64,000 nt of DNA from Camelus dromedarius (GCF_036321535.1 NC_087447.1:39062001-39126000), one strand, 5' to 3'. Positions 37,076 to 51,460 are shown, counted from the first letter of the stretch. The notes: generated from the letters alone by a model not told the origin. Translations and numbers: made by a program.

Positions 37076-39389
37076 TCCTCTGCCTTGATACAATCTTGTG
37101 TTAGCATGCTATGAGGTACAATAATATAGACAACCAGAAGAACTTGTTTGGTCAGTTTTCTCTATGAAACTTCTATTTATTTGTTTTGACTTCTTTGATA
37201 AATGGATTGATATTGTGAAAGAAAGACTTTCATTAAGGGTCTGAACCTTACCTCATTGAGTCAGCTAGCATTTACAAATGATTGTGCAGAGCAGTTTGTG
37301 ATCAATGGCATTAGCTACTAGATGTATAGCTGCTATCAAAGCTCCCAAATTAATATTTATTTGAAAAGTTAATTTTTTTAAGTGAATGACAATGATAGCT
37401 TTATTAGATTTTCTCACTTAAAAAAAAAAAGAATAACAGAATAAAATGAACTACAGACACCTCAAAGCAAGGTACAATGATTTGACCAGATTCCCAGCAT
37501 GGAATAAAGGTTGCATATTTCATCTGAAGTCTTTCACTAATATAATTCTTCCAATGTTTCCTGGGAAATTCCTAGAACTGGGAATAGAACTCATGAATTA
37601 TACTGTGCAGAGCACCTGATTAGCCCACAGCAGGGTTAGACCTACTTTATCTAAAATTTATTTTTAATTTTTAAAAAATTGAGGTATAATGATATGCATT
37701 ATATTATTTTCAGGTGTACAACATAATGACTCAGTGTTTATGAACTTTTTTACCCCAATTAAGTGTTAGGCTTATTTGTAGGGAAAGTAGTGTGAGCCAA
37801 ATAAAGCTATAGTATCCATATACATAATAATATAAAAATAATGTGTCTAAAGGGAGATTGGCGGAAACCCTATAGCAGAATATCAGAGCCTCTCGTTAGG
37901 AAGTGATACTTTCTATTTTGATGTGGAGAAATAACTCCTGTTTGACAGACCTCGCTAACCCTAAATTGGACTATAGAATTACCTCCGTTGATGTTATCTT
38001 ACAGAAGAAAGCTATGATAATAAATCAACGCCAGTGAAGTTTTTATTGTTTTGTTGCTTGAGGAAGTTTCTCCATGAGATTATAACTGTATTACAAAACT
38101 ATTAGATCGCTCTTCTTTCTTAGAAATTGTTAGATTTCCAGTTTAGCAGAATGTTGGCAATAATAACTGGTACACTATGACAATAACCGATTTCCCTTAG
38201 GTCTCTCACATTTAGGTGGCCTTAGATGAGGAAGAGGATGTTCGCTATCCGCTATCCTCTATTGTGCAGCGCAACCACTCATCTCCTTAGCATAAACATT
38301 GGTTGAAAAACACTTGGGTTATTACATTTGGGAGCTAGGGAGTTTTCTCTCCCCAACAGTGATTAAATGTTTTTCAGCCAAGTCCTTTCCACAAAATGTT
38401 TTTATAGCAAATTACTCAAACCAGGTCCTTTTCCTTATGGCTTCCTCTGCTTGCAGCGCCGCTCCCACTCTTCTCAAAACTGGGGAAATTTTACTCATTC
38501 TTCAAGATTCAGCTCATTTGTCACTCCCTGGTGGAGGCTTCCTCAACATGGCAGGATGAGCCGGTTACTCCCTCTGCTCCCACAGCGAGCAGCGAGCAGC
38601 TTTTGGCCTTCATCACAGGGTAACGGGATTATCTGTTTTCGGGTGGGTCTCGCCCCCAGGATGTGAGCTTCGAGGGCGGAGGCCGTATTTTTCATGTTTT
38701 CCAGCATGTGACACACAGTAGGCTCAGGAAAGTTGAACGACGGAAACTATCCTGGCGACCTTCTGCCCACAAGGAGCGATCTCCTATCCAGGTGACTCTC
38801 GACGTTCGATAAGGGGCCCAACTGCGGGAGTTTCAGCTGGCACATCGGTTCCCGCCAACCCGGTGTTTAAAAATAAACAGCTGCGGACGCTAGGGACTAC
38901 AGGGTGGCCCTTAATAGGACAGCCCTGTCTGAACCCAGGTCGGTTAATACCCGCCAGCTGAGCCGGCAAAGGCGCTTTCGGAGTTTCCTCACTTGAGGGA
39001 AACGCCTTCCCTGAGGAGACTCAACGTCCCCGCGATATTTCTCCAACTCTGGGCTGGAGACGCTGTCCACTTTTTTCTAACGGTGATAGGAAGTCAAGGA
39101 AAAACGTGGAATTCAAAGATTTGGGGGAAACTGCTTGCAGCCACTCAGGCTCGCGGTCTAAGACCCCCAGTTGACATCTGTAAAGGCCGGCGCCTTCCAC
39201 TCTGCAACGCCTGCCCCCAGGCAGAACGCCCACCCCAGAGACCCACTCCCTCAACCGCCCGCACCACCCCCGCCCCGCCCCGCCCCGCCCCGCCCAACTC
39301 CTGGGCGGCGAGTCACCATTCTCGCGAGAACGCAGCTAGCCTCGCTCTTTCGGACTGCGGGTTCTCGCGAGAAGGGGCTTAAGAGCCGG

Positions 39390-39435
39390 CCTGCAACCAC
39401 CCGGGGCGGCTCTGGTAGCCGCAGCCGCCCGAGTG

Positions 39436-39473
<38 letters not shown>

Positions 39474-39561
39474 TTCTGGAGGGATCCAATTGGGAAGGAC
39501 GCGGAGTTGTCGCTGGCTTTGACCAGTGCCTGGACACTCAAGGGGAACTGCAGGTTCGAGG
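39390..39561 (+). other. BTBD10: Probable non-coding exon 1 of BTBD10 (boundaries uncertain)
   Basis: Lies just downstream of the promoter motifs and contains (GCC)12. Candidate donors are CAG|GTTCGA (39553/39554) and AGG|GTGACT (39561/39562). No BTBD10 coding exon was recognised in the window, so this is a synteny inference. Confidence 0.55.
39436..39471 (+). repeat. (GCC)12 trinucleotide repeat
   Basis: 36 nt of uninterrupted GCC read directly. Confidence 0.97.
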
Positions 39562-42500
39562 GTGACTAGACTCAGCTGGGGAAGTTGGTGGGGGCGGTGT
39601 CGGAGGCTAGGCTCGGCGGGGGCGAAGGAGGAAGGGGGCGGAGAGTGAATCTGGGCTGGAAAGCCGGGCTGCTGTGGCGGTGGTCTGAGCGTTCTGGACC
39701 CTGCTAGGGGTTTTCGGCTCCGGCCGCTGCCACCCAGTTGAGAGGCAGGGAAGGGACTGGGTTTCGGGGGTGCTGTTTTGGGGTTGGGAGTCCCGAGGCC
39801 TTTCCCCAGAGATGAAGGCGATACCTTCAACCCTCCTTCCCAGGGCAGAGGAACCGTGTGGTCCCGCCCCTTTTCTGTCATCCTGGATTAACGCCGTGAC
39901 ATCCTGAGGGCACATCACAATAGGGGCTATGGTGGCCCGAGTCTCGCTTTTGGTGAAGAGGAGTGAGACTCCAATAATGTGCTGCGTGGTTTTATGCTGT
40001 AACGGTATCACGTGTGATAAAGCTTTGTTTTCCCAAAACTCGCACAGAAAAGCTTGTTTTTCTCTTCAGGTGCAAGTCTTCTAACACCCTTTATCCTTAG
40101 GAATGGGATACAGGGAGGTGAGACATCACTTACCAGTTTCTTAGTGTGGGGGCAGTGTGACCATCCCTGGGCCTCACAGGTTTCCTACTTTTTGCTTCAG
40201 TACTTTACGTCCATGATGAGAAGTGGCTGGTCCAGGCATGCTGAAGATAGAGCATCACTTGCTTGTCACTTTATGCACTTAGCATATAAATTTTACGTAT
40301 TTTTTTTAATTTTTAGGAGTTTTCATGCTTTTTATTTAAATTAGCAATTTCAGTGAAGAATCACAGAATATTTGTTTTATTTGGGTAGTTGGGCCCTCCC
40401 CACCCCTACACACAAAAAAATTTGATTAAGACTTTTTAGAGATGAGTGGTATTGGATAGATTTTGAATGTAATGGACTGTAGAAATTAGATTAAGAGTTA
40501 TAATAAAGAGTGCGTCTATAAGAGCCAAAAAAAATTCCTGTACTGGAGAGCCCATCCAGGACTGAAGTCCTGAAAATGAGGACTATAGTTGTCATTAGAA
40601 TACAAATCAGAAAGCAGTAGAAAATGCTTGAGAGAAGATTTGATGGTGGGTTAAGACTCAAGTGTGTGAGGAGAATTTTGAAGGCATAAATGTGTTTCAT
40701 AAATTTCTGGATAATTTTTCAGAGTTTATATACTGACTATTATTGTATACATTAAGGGAAAGTAGGAAGAGTAATTCTGAAGCATGGAGTGTGGAAAGGA
40801 ACCATGGAGTAACATAGTGTTCAATCAGGAAAGCTTTCTGTGTCTCGACGATTATTTCGGAATTCTTTCACCTTTTTTCCCCTCACTCCTGAAAAAGCTT
40901 TCAGATGGGCTTTCTACATTCTGTATATTACCCTTCCACCAGTCTGAATTTTTTTTCTCACCCCTTTCTCTAAGCCTTGTGAAAAATTTTTATTAACTGT
41001 GAAGTTGCAAGCCAATATTGTCTGCTCTGTGGCTTTTTACATTTAGGTGACTTGATCTGGAAAATATTATGCACCTTTCAGTAGAATAGGTTATGAGTAA
41101 CAAACTCACATGCCTCAGATACTAGGCAGATGAAAGTGGAAAAGAGTGAAATGCATAGAGAGTTTATGCCTCATTGAAGACAGACATCCAGTTCTTGGGT
41201 TCACCTGATTAGTGCCATACATGAATATGGTCCCAATCTTCAGCCTTCTCCAGAGAACACATGAAATCTAGAGTTTTTCTTGCAGTCTCCTGACTTTAAA
41301 AAATATTGACAACTAGTTGATACAGTTAAAAGTAACTTCATGTGGCCCAACCAATCCCAAACCTGTGAGTAATTGTATCTTGCTCTCCAGTTTTGGACCT
41401 CTGTTATAAGTAAGAATTAATAAATTTTAAAACTGAAAAAAAAAAGATTTAAAGTAAGTATGCCAATTAGTTTGGAATTTCAAACCTAGGAGGACTTGGG
41501 GAAAAAATGTCAACTCAGACTGAAAACAGTAGATAAGTTTAATAGCCTTTAAATATGATTGAGCAAATTGAACCGATACTAATTAATATTTTAACTATGG
41601 AAATAACTGAAGAAAACTCCTCTCAGTATATGTGGTTTAGTAACTCAGGGTTCTGAGCAAAGTTGATTTATAGGTATCTTGTAAGGGAATTGATTTATTG
41701 AGAATCCCTTTATTGTACTTGTAAAATTAAATCGAGGAGACCCTCTACAACTCATCTGTGGTTTTGAATGTTTATTGTTTGCTGTGCATCCCATGTTGTC
41801 TTCCCAGTCATTGACTTTTACTGGAAGCAATATTGATTCCTTGGATTTTATTCCCTGGCAGATAGAATGGGAGTATGGGGCATTGGGATGGGAAGTAATG
41901 GGAAGGGGAGAGTGTAATGTGAAGCAGGCACTCAGGTGCTTCTCTCTTACATTGTCTATTAAAAGATTGTTTTGAGTTAACTAGTTTTTCTTGTAAGAAT
42001 AGGTATTCTGATTAAAGACAGTTGCTTATACATAGTAGGGCTTAATGATATTTGTGGAATTGAACCCTGTGGATTAAACCACATTTACCCATTAGTGCGA
42101 AGTACTTTAATCACATAATCTGATTCATACTTAGGCTGTGGGGAATGGGAGTTTAGAGGTCAGACCTAGGAAAGAATTGGACCTTAGCCATAATAAGGGC
42201 AAGGTGAAGATCTTCGCTGCAGGGGAAGGTTGAGAGAGGAGGCTAGGTGAGGGAGAGAGTTTTGAAAAGGAAGATAAAATGGTCAAGGACCACTTTGTCT
42301 ACTGTGCAACTTTTTATAAAGAGCTCTGCCTTTTACAACTAAATTTATTATAACAATGCAAAAACTGTGTGGAATATTGATTTTGAATCAAGACTATTTT
42401 GGGGGTTTGCAGACTTGATTTTCTTTCTTTTAGCCCAGTCTTCTCAGGTTAAGCTAGCCTAATATCTCTTCATTCAATTCCTGCCCCTCTCTGCTGTAGG

Positions 42501-44144
42501 AAGTGAAACAGGAAAAGATAGGTATTATGTTTGTGAGGTGTTCCTCTCTGAGAATTTTAAAAACATCCTGAAGAATCTGCTGTGTGTTAGTGTAGATTAT
42601 GTTTTTTTGAAGGAGGAACCATTATTTTCTTCTCTCCATGTTTCTACCATGTAAAGCAAGGACGTTCTCTTTTGGAAGTTGCTTTCCCCCTTCTTTCTAC
42701 CCCCTGAGTGAGATACCCTCCCAAGGGATGATTAGGTAAGGCTAGGAGAAGGGACTGAGTATGCTTTTGCTCAGTGACTTCTGGTTCTGTTTTTGGAACT
42801 CTGAGTTCTTGGGACATATTCTCTACTTCTCTGTGCGGTAGAGTTATCTGAGCAGGCTGGACCCTATGAGGGAGAAGGAAATGGAACATGTACAGTTCTG
42901 AGTTTAATTTACAATTGAAGTAATAGGAAGCTTTTTTGGCCTCTGGTTTCATCTATATTTTTATCTTCATCTGATTGACTCTTTTGTTTCTTTGTTGGTT
43001 CTGAAACCACAATAAGGGAGAAAGCTAGTTATAGATGCTCATCAATGGAGGAAGAACCATTTAAAATTTTTTTCTCCTCTGGGATAGAATGTTTGTAAGG
43101 GTTCAAGCTAATGTTGCATTTTCCTCTAGTATGGCTTGCTCTGATTTACTTTGGCATCTGTAAACTGAGACCTACCTTGTTAAGCAGGTAGCAATCTAGA
43201 ACTCAGAGATGGATGGTAAGCAATCAGAATTCAAAGAGATACTTCTGGGAAAGGATTAAGAGGTTGGTGAATGTTAGATGTAGGCAGTGGGAATACAGTG
43301 AATTGAGTACTTGAAATAGTAGAAACTTGACATAAGAGAGGAAAGATTTTACATGGATTGTGTGACTATGTCACAGTGGATTTCTGAAGATTAGTAAGAT
43401 GCTAAAAGTTATCCTTGCTCATAAAAGCCTCTTTCTTTACCCTAATTAATAATTTAATTATATTTTTCTGTTTAAAAATGTAAGATAACTGATTACATAG
43501 CACTTATTTTTATCTTTGTAGTTGAAATGTGTGCTATTCGTGTTTTTGGTCATAAACTGAAATTAACGTTTAGTATTTAGTTGAGGGTGAGAGTGTCAGT
43601 GAATCACTAATTGAAGTACTTGATTAGGAACTGAATAATGCTAAGGACATTTAAAATTGTAATCATACTTTTCTGCTTGGAATACCTTATTTTGGATCAT
43701 TTAGATCTGGGTTAAAAGCCAACTATTAGTTCTGTGACATAAAAGTTACTTAACTGCGCTGAGCCTTTGTTGACTTACATGAAAGATGGAAATAGAACAC
43801 AATTGTCAGGAGTTTAAGAATGAAATGAAATAAAATATATGAAGGTGCTATGTAAATAGTAAGGTGCTTATAACTTGTTAGCACTTTGTACAGTGTTTAT
43901 GCTCAGAATATAGCATACTGGCCTGTAATCCTAAGATACTTCAGGGAAATTTACATTTACATTGAGCTGTCTCATTTGGAGGGAACAAATTTAAATAGCT
44001 ATGTAGAGCCTTGACAAAATGACTCTTCCACTGGAAATTACCAGTTTTTTTCTTTTTCTTCTCGTCAACATTGAACTATAGGAGTCTCTTTCTTGCTTTT
44101 CATGTTGGCATCAGTTGCCTGATATCTGGTATTCTAAGTAATTT

Positions 44145-44965
44145 TTTCAAAAATTGAAATATAGTTGATGTACAATATTTCAATTTCAAGTGTACTACAT
44201 AGTGATTTGATATTTGCATACATTATGAAATGATCACCATGATAAGTCCAGTAACCACCTGTCCCCACACAGACTTATTACAATATTATTGACCGTATTC
44301 CTCATTCTGTGTATTACATTCCTGTGGCTTGTTTGATAATTGGAGTATTGTATCTCTTAATCCTCATCACTCGTTTTGACCTCCCTACCTCCTTCGCCTC
44401 TGGATATTATCTTTTTGTTTTCTATATCTATGAGTCTGTTTTCATTTTGTTCTGTTTATTTTTTTTGTTTTTTAGATTCCACATATAAATGAGATCATGT
44501 GGTGTTTTGATTTATTTCACCCTCTAGATCTGTCCATGCTCCTGCAAATGGCAAGATTACTCTTTTTTTAATGGCTGAAAAATATGCCATTTATTTATAT
44601 GTCACATCTTTATCCATTTATATATTGGTGGATGCTTAGGATGCTTCCATATCTTGACTATTGTAGATAATGCAGTGAACATAGGGTGCATATATCTTTT
44701 CAAATAGATATTTTTGTCTTCAGATAAATAGTCAAGTGAAATTGCTGGATCATATGGCAGTTCTATTTTTAATTTTTTGTGGAACCTCTACACTGTTTTC
44801 CATAGTGGCCGCATCAATTTACATTCCCACCAGCAGTGCACACTTCCCATCAACAGTGTACAAGGGTTCTGTTTTCTCCACATCCTTGCCAACCCTTGTT
44901 ATTTGTTGTTTTTTTTTTTAATGATAGCCATTCTAACAGGTGTGAGGTGGTATCTTATTGTGGTT
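44145..44965 (-). mobile_element. 5'-truncated LINE-1 3' end
   Basis: aattgaaatatagttgatgtacaatatt...gattccacatataaatgagatcat...gccattctaacaggtgtgaggtggtatc. Confidence 0.88.
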
Positions 44966-44994
44966 TCTTTTTCCCAATATGTATACTTTCTCTT

Positions 44995-47900
44995 TAAAAA
45001 TTTTTTTATTGAGGTCTAATTGATTTATAATGTTAGTTTCAGGTGTATAGCAAAGTGATCCAGTTTTTAATATATATATATTATATATTACAATATATTT
45101 TCATTATATATATACTTTTTCAAATTCTTTTCCATAATAGGTTATTATAAGATATTGGGTATAGTTCCTTGTGCCATACAGTTGGTCCTTGCTTATCTAT
45201 TTTATATGTAGTAGTGTGTAAATGTTAATCCCAAACTTCTAATTAACACCCACTCCCCCCTGATTTCCTCTTTGGTAATCATAAGTTTGTTTTCTATGAT
45301 GGTGAGTCTGTTTCTATTTTGTAAAGAAGTTTATTTTTATCATTTTTTTAGATTCCACATACAAGTGATATTGTATGATATTGGTCTTTCTCTATGTGAC
45401 TTACTTCACTTTTAGTATGATAATCTCTAGGTCCATTTATTGCTGCAAATAACATTATTTCTTTTTTAATAGCTGAGTAATATTCCATCATATATGTATA
45501 CACTGCATCTTCTTTATCCATTCATCTGTCAGTGGACATTTAAGTTGCTTCCATGTCTTAACTATTTTAAGTAGTGCTGTTATGAATATTCGAGTGCATG
45601 GTATCCTTTCGAATTAGTGTTTTCTCCAGCTGTATGCCCAGGAGTGGGATTGCTGGATCATATGGTACCTCTAGTGTTTTAAAGAACCACCATAGTGGCT
45701 GCACCAATTTACATTTCCACCAATAGTGTAGGAGGGTTCCCTTTTTTCCACACCCTCTCCAGCATTTATTGTTTGTAGACTTTTTGTTTTGTGTTTTTTT
45801 GGGGGGTGCAAATTAGGTTTGTTTATTTTTTGCAGGAGATGCTGGGGATTGAACCCAGGGCCTTGTGCATGCTAAGCATGCACTCTACCACTTGAGCTAT
45901 ACCCGCCCCCTTGTAGACTTTTTGATGATGGCTATTCTGACAGGTGTGAAGTGATACCTCGTTGTAGTTTTGATTTGCATTTCTCTGGTAATTAGCGATG
46001 TTGAGCATCTTTTCATGTGCCTGTTGGCCATCTGGATGTCTTCTTTGGGGAAATGTCTGTGTAGGTCTCTGGCCCATTTTTTCATTGGGTTGTTTGTGTT
46101 TTTGATATTTGTTGTATAAACTGTATATTTTGGAAGTTAATCCCTTGTCAGTCACGTTGTTTGCAAATAGTCTCTCCCATTCTGTAGGTTGTCTTTTCAT
46201 TTTGTTTATGGTTTCCTTTGCTGTGCAAAAGCTTTTAAATTTAATTAGACCCCATTTGTTTATTTTTGCTTTTATTTCCGTTACTCTTGGAGACAAATCC
46301 AAAAAAAATACTGCTGCGATTTATGTCAGAGTGTTCTACCTATGTTTTCCTCTAGGAGGTTTATAGCATCTGGTTTTACATTTAGCATTTAGATTTAATT
46401 TAATCTGTTCTGAGTTTATTTTTGTATATGGTGTTAGAGAATGTTCTAATTTCGTTCTTTCGCATGTAGCTGTCCAGTTTTCCCAACAACACTTATTGAA
46501 GAGACTGTCTTTTCTCTATTGTATATTCTTGCCTCTTTTGTTGTAGATTAATTGACCATAAGTGCATGAGTTTATTTCTGGGCTTTCTATCCTGTTCTAT
46601 TCAACTGTGTGTCTGTTTTTGTGCAGGTACCATACTGTTTTGTTTACTGTGGCATTGTAGTGTAGACTGAAGTCAGAGAGCATGATTCCTCCAGCCCAGC
46701 CCTGTTCGTTTTTCCAAGATTGTTTTGGCTGTTCAGGGCCTTTTGTGTTTCCATACAAATTTTAAAATTATTTATTCTAGTTTTGTGAAAAAGCCATTGG
46801 TAATTTGATAGGGATTGTATTGCATCTGTACGTTGACTTGCAAAGTATGATCATTTTAACAGTCTTGATTTTTCTGATCCAAGAATGTGGTATATCTTTC
46901 CATCTGTTTTTGTTGTCTTCAATTTCTTTTATTAGTGTCCTATAGTTTTCATTGTATAGGTCTTTTGCCTTCCTAGGTGGGTGTATTTTTAGATACTCTT
47001 TTTGAAGCAGTTGTTCATGGGATTGTTTCCTTAATTTCTCTTTATGATATTTTGTTGTTAGTGTATAGAAAAGCAACAGATTTCTGTATGTTAATTTTGT
47101 ATTCCACAACTTTACCAAATTTATTGATGAGCTCTAGTGGTTTTCTGGTGGCATCTTTAGGATTTTCTATGTATAGTATCATGTCATTTGCAAACAGTGA
47201 CAGTTTTACTTCTTTTTCAATTTGGACTACTTTTATTTCTTTTTCTTCTCTAATTGGGGTGACTGGGACTTCCAAAACTGTGTTGAATAAAAGTGTAGGG
47301 ATCCTTATCTTGTTCCTGATCTTTAGGAATTCTCTCAGCTTTTTGCCATTGAGTATGTTAGCTTTGGGATGGTCCTATATGGCCTTTATTATATTGCGTT
47401 ATCTTCCTTCTTTGCCCACTTTGTTGACATTTTTAATCATAAGTGGATATTGAATTTTGTCAAAAGCTTTTTCTGCATCTAAGATGATCGTGTGGTTTTT
47501 ATTCTTTAATTTGTTAATGTGGTATATCACATTGCACAGATACTGAAAAATCCTTGCATCCGTGGGATAAATCCCATTTGATCATGGTGTATGATCCTTT
47601 TAATGTATTTCTTGATTTGGTTTGCTAGTATTGTGTTGAGAAGTTTTGCATCTATGTTTATCAGTGATATTGGCCTCCAATTTGTGTGTGTGTGTATTTG
47701 TGTGATATCTTTGTCTGGTTTTGGTATTAGGGTGATGGTGGCCTCTTAGAATGCGTTCAGAAGTGTTCCTACCTATGCAATTTTTTGGAATAGTTTCAGA
47801 AGGATAAGCATTAACTCTTCTCTAAATGTTTGATAGAATTTTCCTGTGAAGCCATCTGGTCCTGGACTTTTGTTTGTTGGGAGTTTTTAAATTACTGATT

Positions 47901-50900
47901 CATTTCAATACCGGTTTGTTCATGTTTTCTATTTCTTCTTGATTCAGTCTTGGGAGATTGTACCTTTCTAAAAATTTGTATATTTCTTCTAGATTGTCCA
48001 TTTTATTGGTGTGTAGGTGCTTGTAGTAGCCTCTCATGATCCTTTGTATTTCTGTGGTGGTGGTTGTAACTTCTCCTTTTTCACTTCTGATTTTATTAAT
48101 TTGGCCCTCTTCTTTTTTTTTTCCTGTTGGGGCTGGCTAAAAGTTGATCAATTTTGTTTATCTTTTCAGATGACCAGCTTTTAGTTTCATTGATCTATTT
48201 GTTTTTTTTAAGTCTACTTCATTTATTTCTGCTTTGATCTTTATGATTTCTTCTACTCAGTTTGAGTTTTGTTTGTTCTTCTTTCTCTAGATGCTTTAGG
48301 TGTAAAGTTAGGTTGTTTGAGATTTTTCTTATTTCCTGAGGTAAGCTTGTATTGTTATAAACTTCCTTCTTAGAACTGCTTTTGTGCATACCATAGTTTT
48401 TTGGTTTGTTGTTTTTATTTGTCTCTAGGTATTTTTTTGATTTCCTCTTTGATTTATTCAGTGATCCATTGGTTGGTTGGTAGCATATTGTTTCACCTCC
48501 ACGTGTTTGTGCTTATTACAGTTTTTTTTTCTTGTAGTTGATTTCTAGTCTCATGGCATTGTGATCAGGAAAGATTCTTGATAGGATTACAATTTTCTTA
48601 AATATACTGAGGCTTGTTTTGTGGCCTAGCATGTGATCTATCCTGGAGAATGTTTCATGTGCCCTTGAAAAGAATGTGTATTCTGCAGCTGTCAGATGGA
48701 ATGCTCTACATATCAATTAAGTCTATTGGTCTACTGTGTTACTTAAGGCCTGTGTTTCCTTATTGATTTTTCTGTCTGGATGATCTGTCCATTGATGTAA
48801 GTGGGGTGTTAAAAGTCTCCTATAGTTATTGTGTTACTGTTTATTTCTCCTTTTATGTCTGTTAGTGTTTGCCTTAAATATTGAGGTGCTTCTATGTTGG
48901 GTAAGTATATATTTACCGTTGTTATATTTTCTTTTTGGATTGATCCCTTGATCATTATGTAGTGTCCTTTGTCTCTTGTAACAGACTTTATTTTAAAGTC
49001 ATTTTGTCTGATACAAGTATTGCTACTCCAGCTTTCTTTTGATTTCCATTTGTGTGGAATATCTTTTTCCATCCCCTCACTTTCAGTCTGTATGTGTCTC
49101 TAGATCTGAAGTGAGTCTCTTGTGGGCAGTATATATACATATATATATAGGTCTTGCTTTTTAATCCATTAAGCCAATCTTGTGTCTTTTGGGTAGAGCA
49201 TTTAGTCTGTTTACATTTAAGATAATTGTTGATATGTTTGTTCTTACTGCTATTTTGTTAATTGTTTTGGATTTGTATTTGTGGGTCTCCCCCCCCTTTT
49301 TCTTTTGTTCACTTCTCTTGTAATTTGATGTCTGTCTTTAGTGTTATGTTTGAATTCCGTTCTCTTTGTGTGTATATCTATTATGTATTTTTGGCTTGTG
49401 GTTACCATGGTGTTCATGTATAACTAACTATACACATAACTATATGTGTACATTGCTTTTTTATATATCTACTTTTGTTGAAGTATAATCAGTTTACAAT
49501 GTGTCAGTTTCGGGTGTACAGCACAATACTTCAGTCATATAGGAATGTACATATATTCATTTTCATATTCTTTTTCACCATAAATTACTATAAGATATTG
49601 TATATGGTTCCTTGTGCTATACAGTATAACTTTGTTGTTTATCTATTTTATATATATTAGTGTCTGCAAATTTCAAACTCCCAATTTATCCCTTCCCACC
49701 CATATATGTTGTTTTAAGTTGAGTGATCTCTTAATTTTGAATGCATTCTAACCATCCTACATTTTTACACCCAACCACGTTTATTATTTTTGACATCATA
49801 TTTTAAATCTTGGTTTTTGTATCCCTTATTTACTTATTTTATATATAGATAATTTCATTACTTTTGTCTTTAGCCTTCCTACTAGTTTTATAATTGGCTG
49901 GTCTTCTACTTTTACTGTATGTTTGCTTTTATAAGTGATATTATTCCTTTCATAATTTTCATACTTCTAGTGGTGTCCTCTTCTGCTTAGAGAAGTTCTT
50001 TCAACATTTCTTGTAAAGCTGGTTTAGCATTCCTGATCTCTTTTGGCTTTTGCTGCTGTGTAAAAGTCTATTTCTCTTTAAAATCTGAAGGATAATCTTG
50101 CTGGGTAGAATATTCTTGGTTGTAGGTTTTTTCCTTTTATCTCTTTGCCTATGTTGTGTCACTCCCTTCTGGCCTGTAGTTTCTGCTGAAGAGTCAGCTG
50201 ATAGTCTTTTGGGAGTTGCTTTTCTCTTGCTGTTTTTAAGATTCTCTCTTTATCTTTAATTTTTGCCATTTTAACTAAAATGTGTCTTTGTGTGAACCTC
50301 TTTAGGTTCATCTTATTTGGGACTTCTGTGCTTCCTGGACCTGGATGTCTATTTACTTTCCCAGGCTAGGGAATTTTTCAGCTATTATGTCTTCAAGTAA
50401 ATTCTCTGCCTCTTTCTTTCTCTTCTCATTTTTGGGACCTCTATAATGTTAGTATGCTTGATATTGTCCCAGAGATCTTCTAAAGTATTTTAAAAATTCA
50501 CTTTTTTCTGTTCAGCTTTGGTGATTTCCAGTACTGTGTCTTCCAGGTTGCTGATGTGTCCTGCTGTAGTGTTGATGTCCTGTAGTGTATTTCTTTAATC
50601 TCGCTTATTATATTCTTCAGTTCTGATTGGTTTTTCTTTGTATTTTATAAACTATTTGTTAAATATCTCACTGTGTTCATCCATTCTTCAGAGTTTGTGG
50701 AGTATCTTTATGATCATTACCTTGAACTCTTTACTGAGTAGGTTTCTTGTCTTCACTTTGTTTAGTTCTTTTTCTGAGGCTCTTTTTAGTTCTTTGTCTG
50801 GTTCAGTCATTTGGAACATGTTCCTCTGTCTCCTCATTTGGCCAAATCTGTGATTCTTTTAATGTATTAGATAGGTTGCTTATGTTTCTAAATCTTGGAG

Positions 50901-51460
50901 AAGTGGCCTTATATTGGAGAGGCCCTACCACGAAGCCCAGCAGCACACTCATCTCTAATCCCCAGAGCTGTATACTCTAGGGGTGCTCTTATGTGGGCTG
51001 CATGAGCCTTTTTGTTGTGATGGGGCTGACTACTGTGAGTGTGCTGGTAGGCAGGGCTGGTCCCTGTCCATTTTGTTGTGAGGCCATGCCTTAGGTGGTG
51101 GCTGCAAGCCTCCTGGAGGGCAGAGTAGGCTTCTTGGTTTGCTGTCTGCAGGGCCTGGTTGGCACAGGGCTGATGTTGACTCATTGGAGGGTGGTGTTGG
51201 GTCCCTAGTGCTAATAGGCTAGAGGGAAGATTCCAGAATGGCACTTGCCTGCACCTGTGTTATCATGGTAGATTGAGCGCCCCTAAATGGCTGTTGCAAG
51301 TGTTTCCTTCCCCAGGTGGAGTCCCGTTTGCCTTCTGCCTCTCTGGGAGTTTCTCTAAGATCAGTAAGTGGCTCTCACTGAGCCTCCTTTCAAACTGCTA
51401 CCTCTGCTCTGGGACTTGGAGCATGTTGAGATTTTTTGTGTGCTGTTTAAGAGCAGAGTG
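44995..51460 (-). mobile_element. Near full-length, decayed LINE-1 (~6.4 kb), antisense within the presumed BTBD10 intron 1
   Basis: 3'UTR ~45000-45400. ORF2 remnants: C-terminal 45823-46302, [20 protein letters not shown] 47042-47275, endonuclease 48516-49072. ORF1-like ~50000-50800 and GC-richer 5' region to ~51460. Nested SINE and a nested L1 tail at ~49470-49700. Confidence 0.92.
45787..45910 (-). mobile_element. tRNA-derived SINE (Vic-1-like) inserted in L1
   Basis: ctggggattgaacccagggccttgtgcatgctaagcatgcactctaccacttgagctatacc. Perfect TSD TTGTAGACTTTTTG at 45773-45786 and 45911-45924. Confidence 0.95.

Larger units (their letters stand above)
38560..39950. promoter_or_regulatory. CpG-island promoter, probably of BTBD10
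   Basis: Abrupt GC- and CpG-rich stretch in AT-rich surroundings. (CCCCG)5 GC-box array 39267-39295 and two TTCTCGCGAGAA palindromes at 39319-39330 and 39362-39373. Gene identity rests only on the known mammalian PTH-BTBD10 tandem order. Confidence 0.9.

Noticed and set aside
38993..40011. Several long Arg/Ala/Pro-rich ORFs on both strands in the CpG island
   Set aside because: Expected from stop-codon depletion in GC-rich DNA and the GCC repeat; no protein family recognised.
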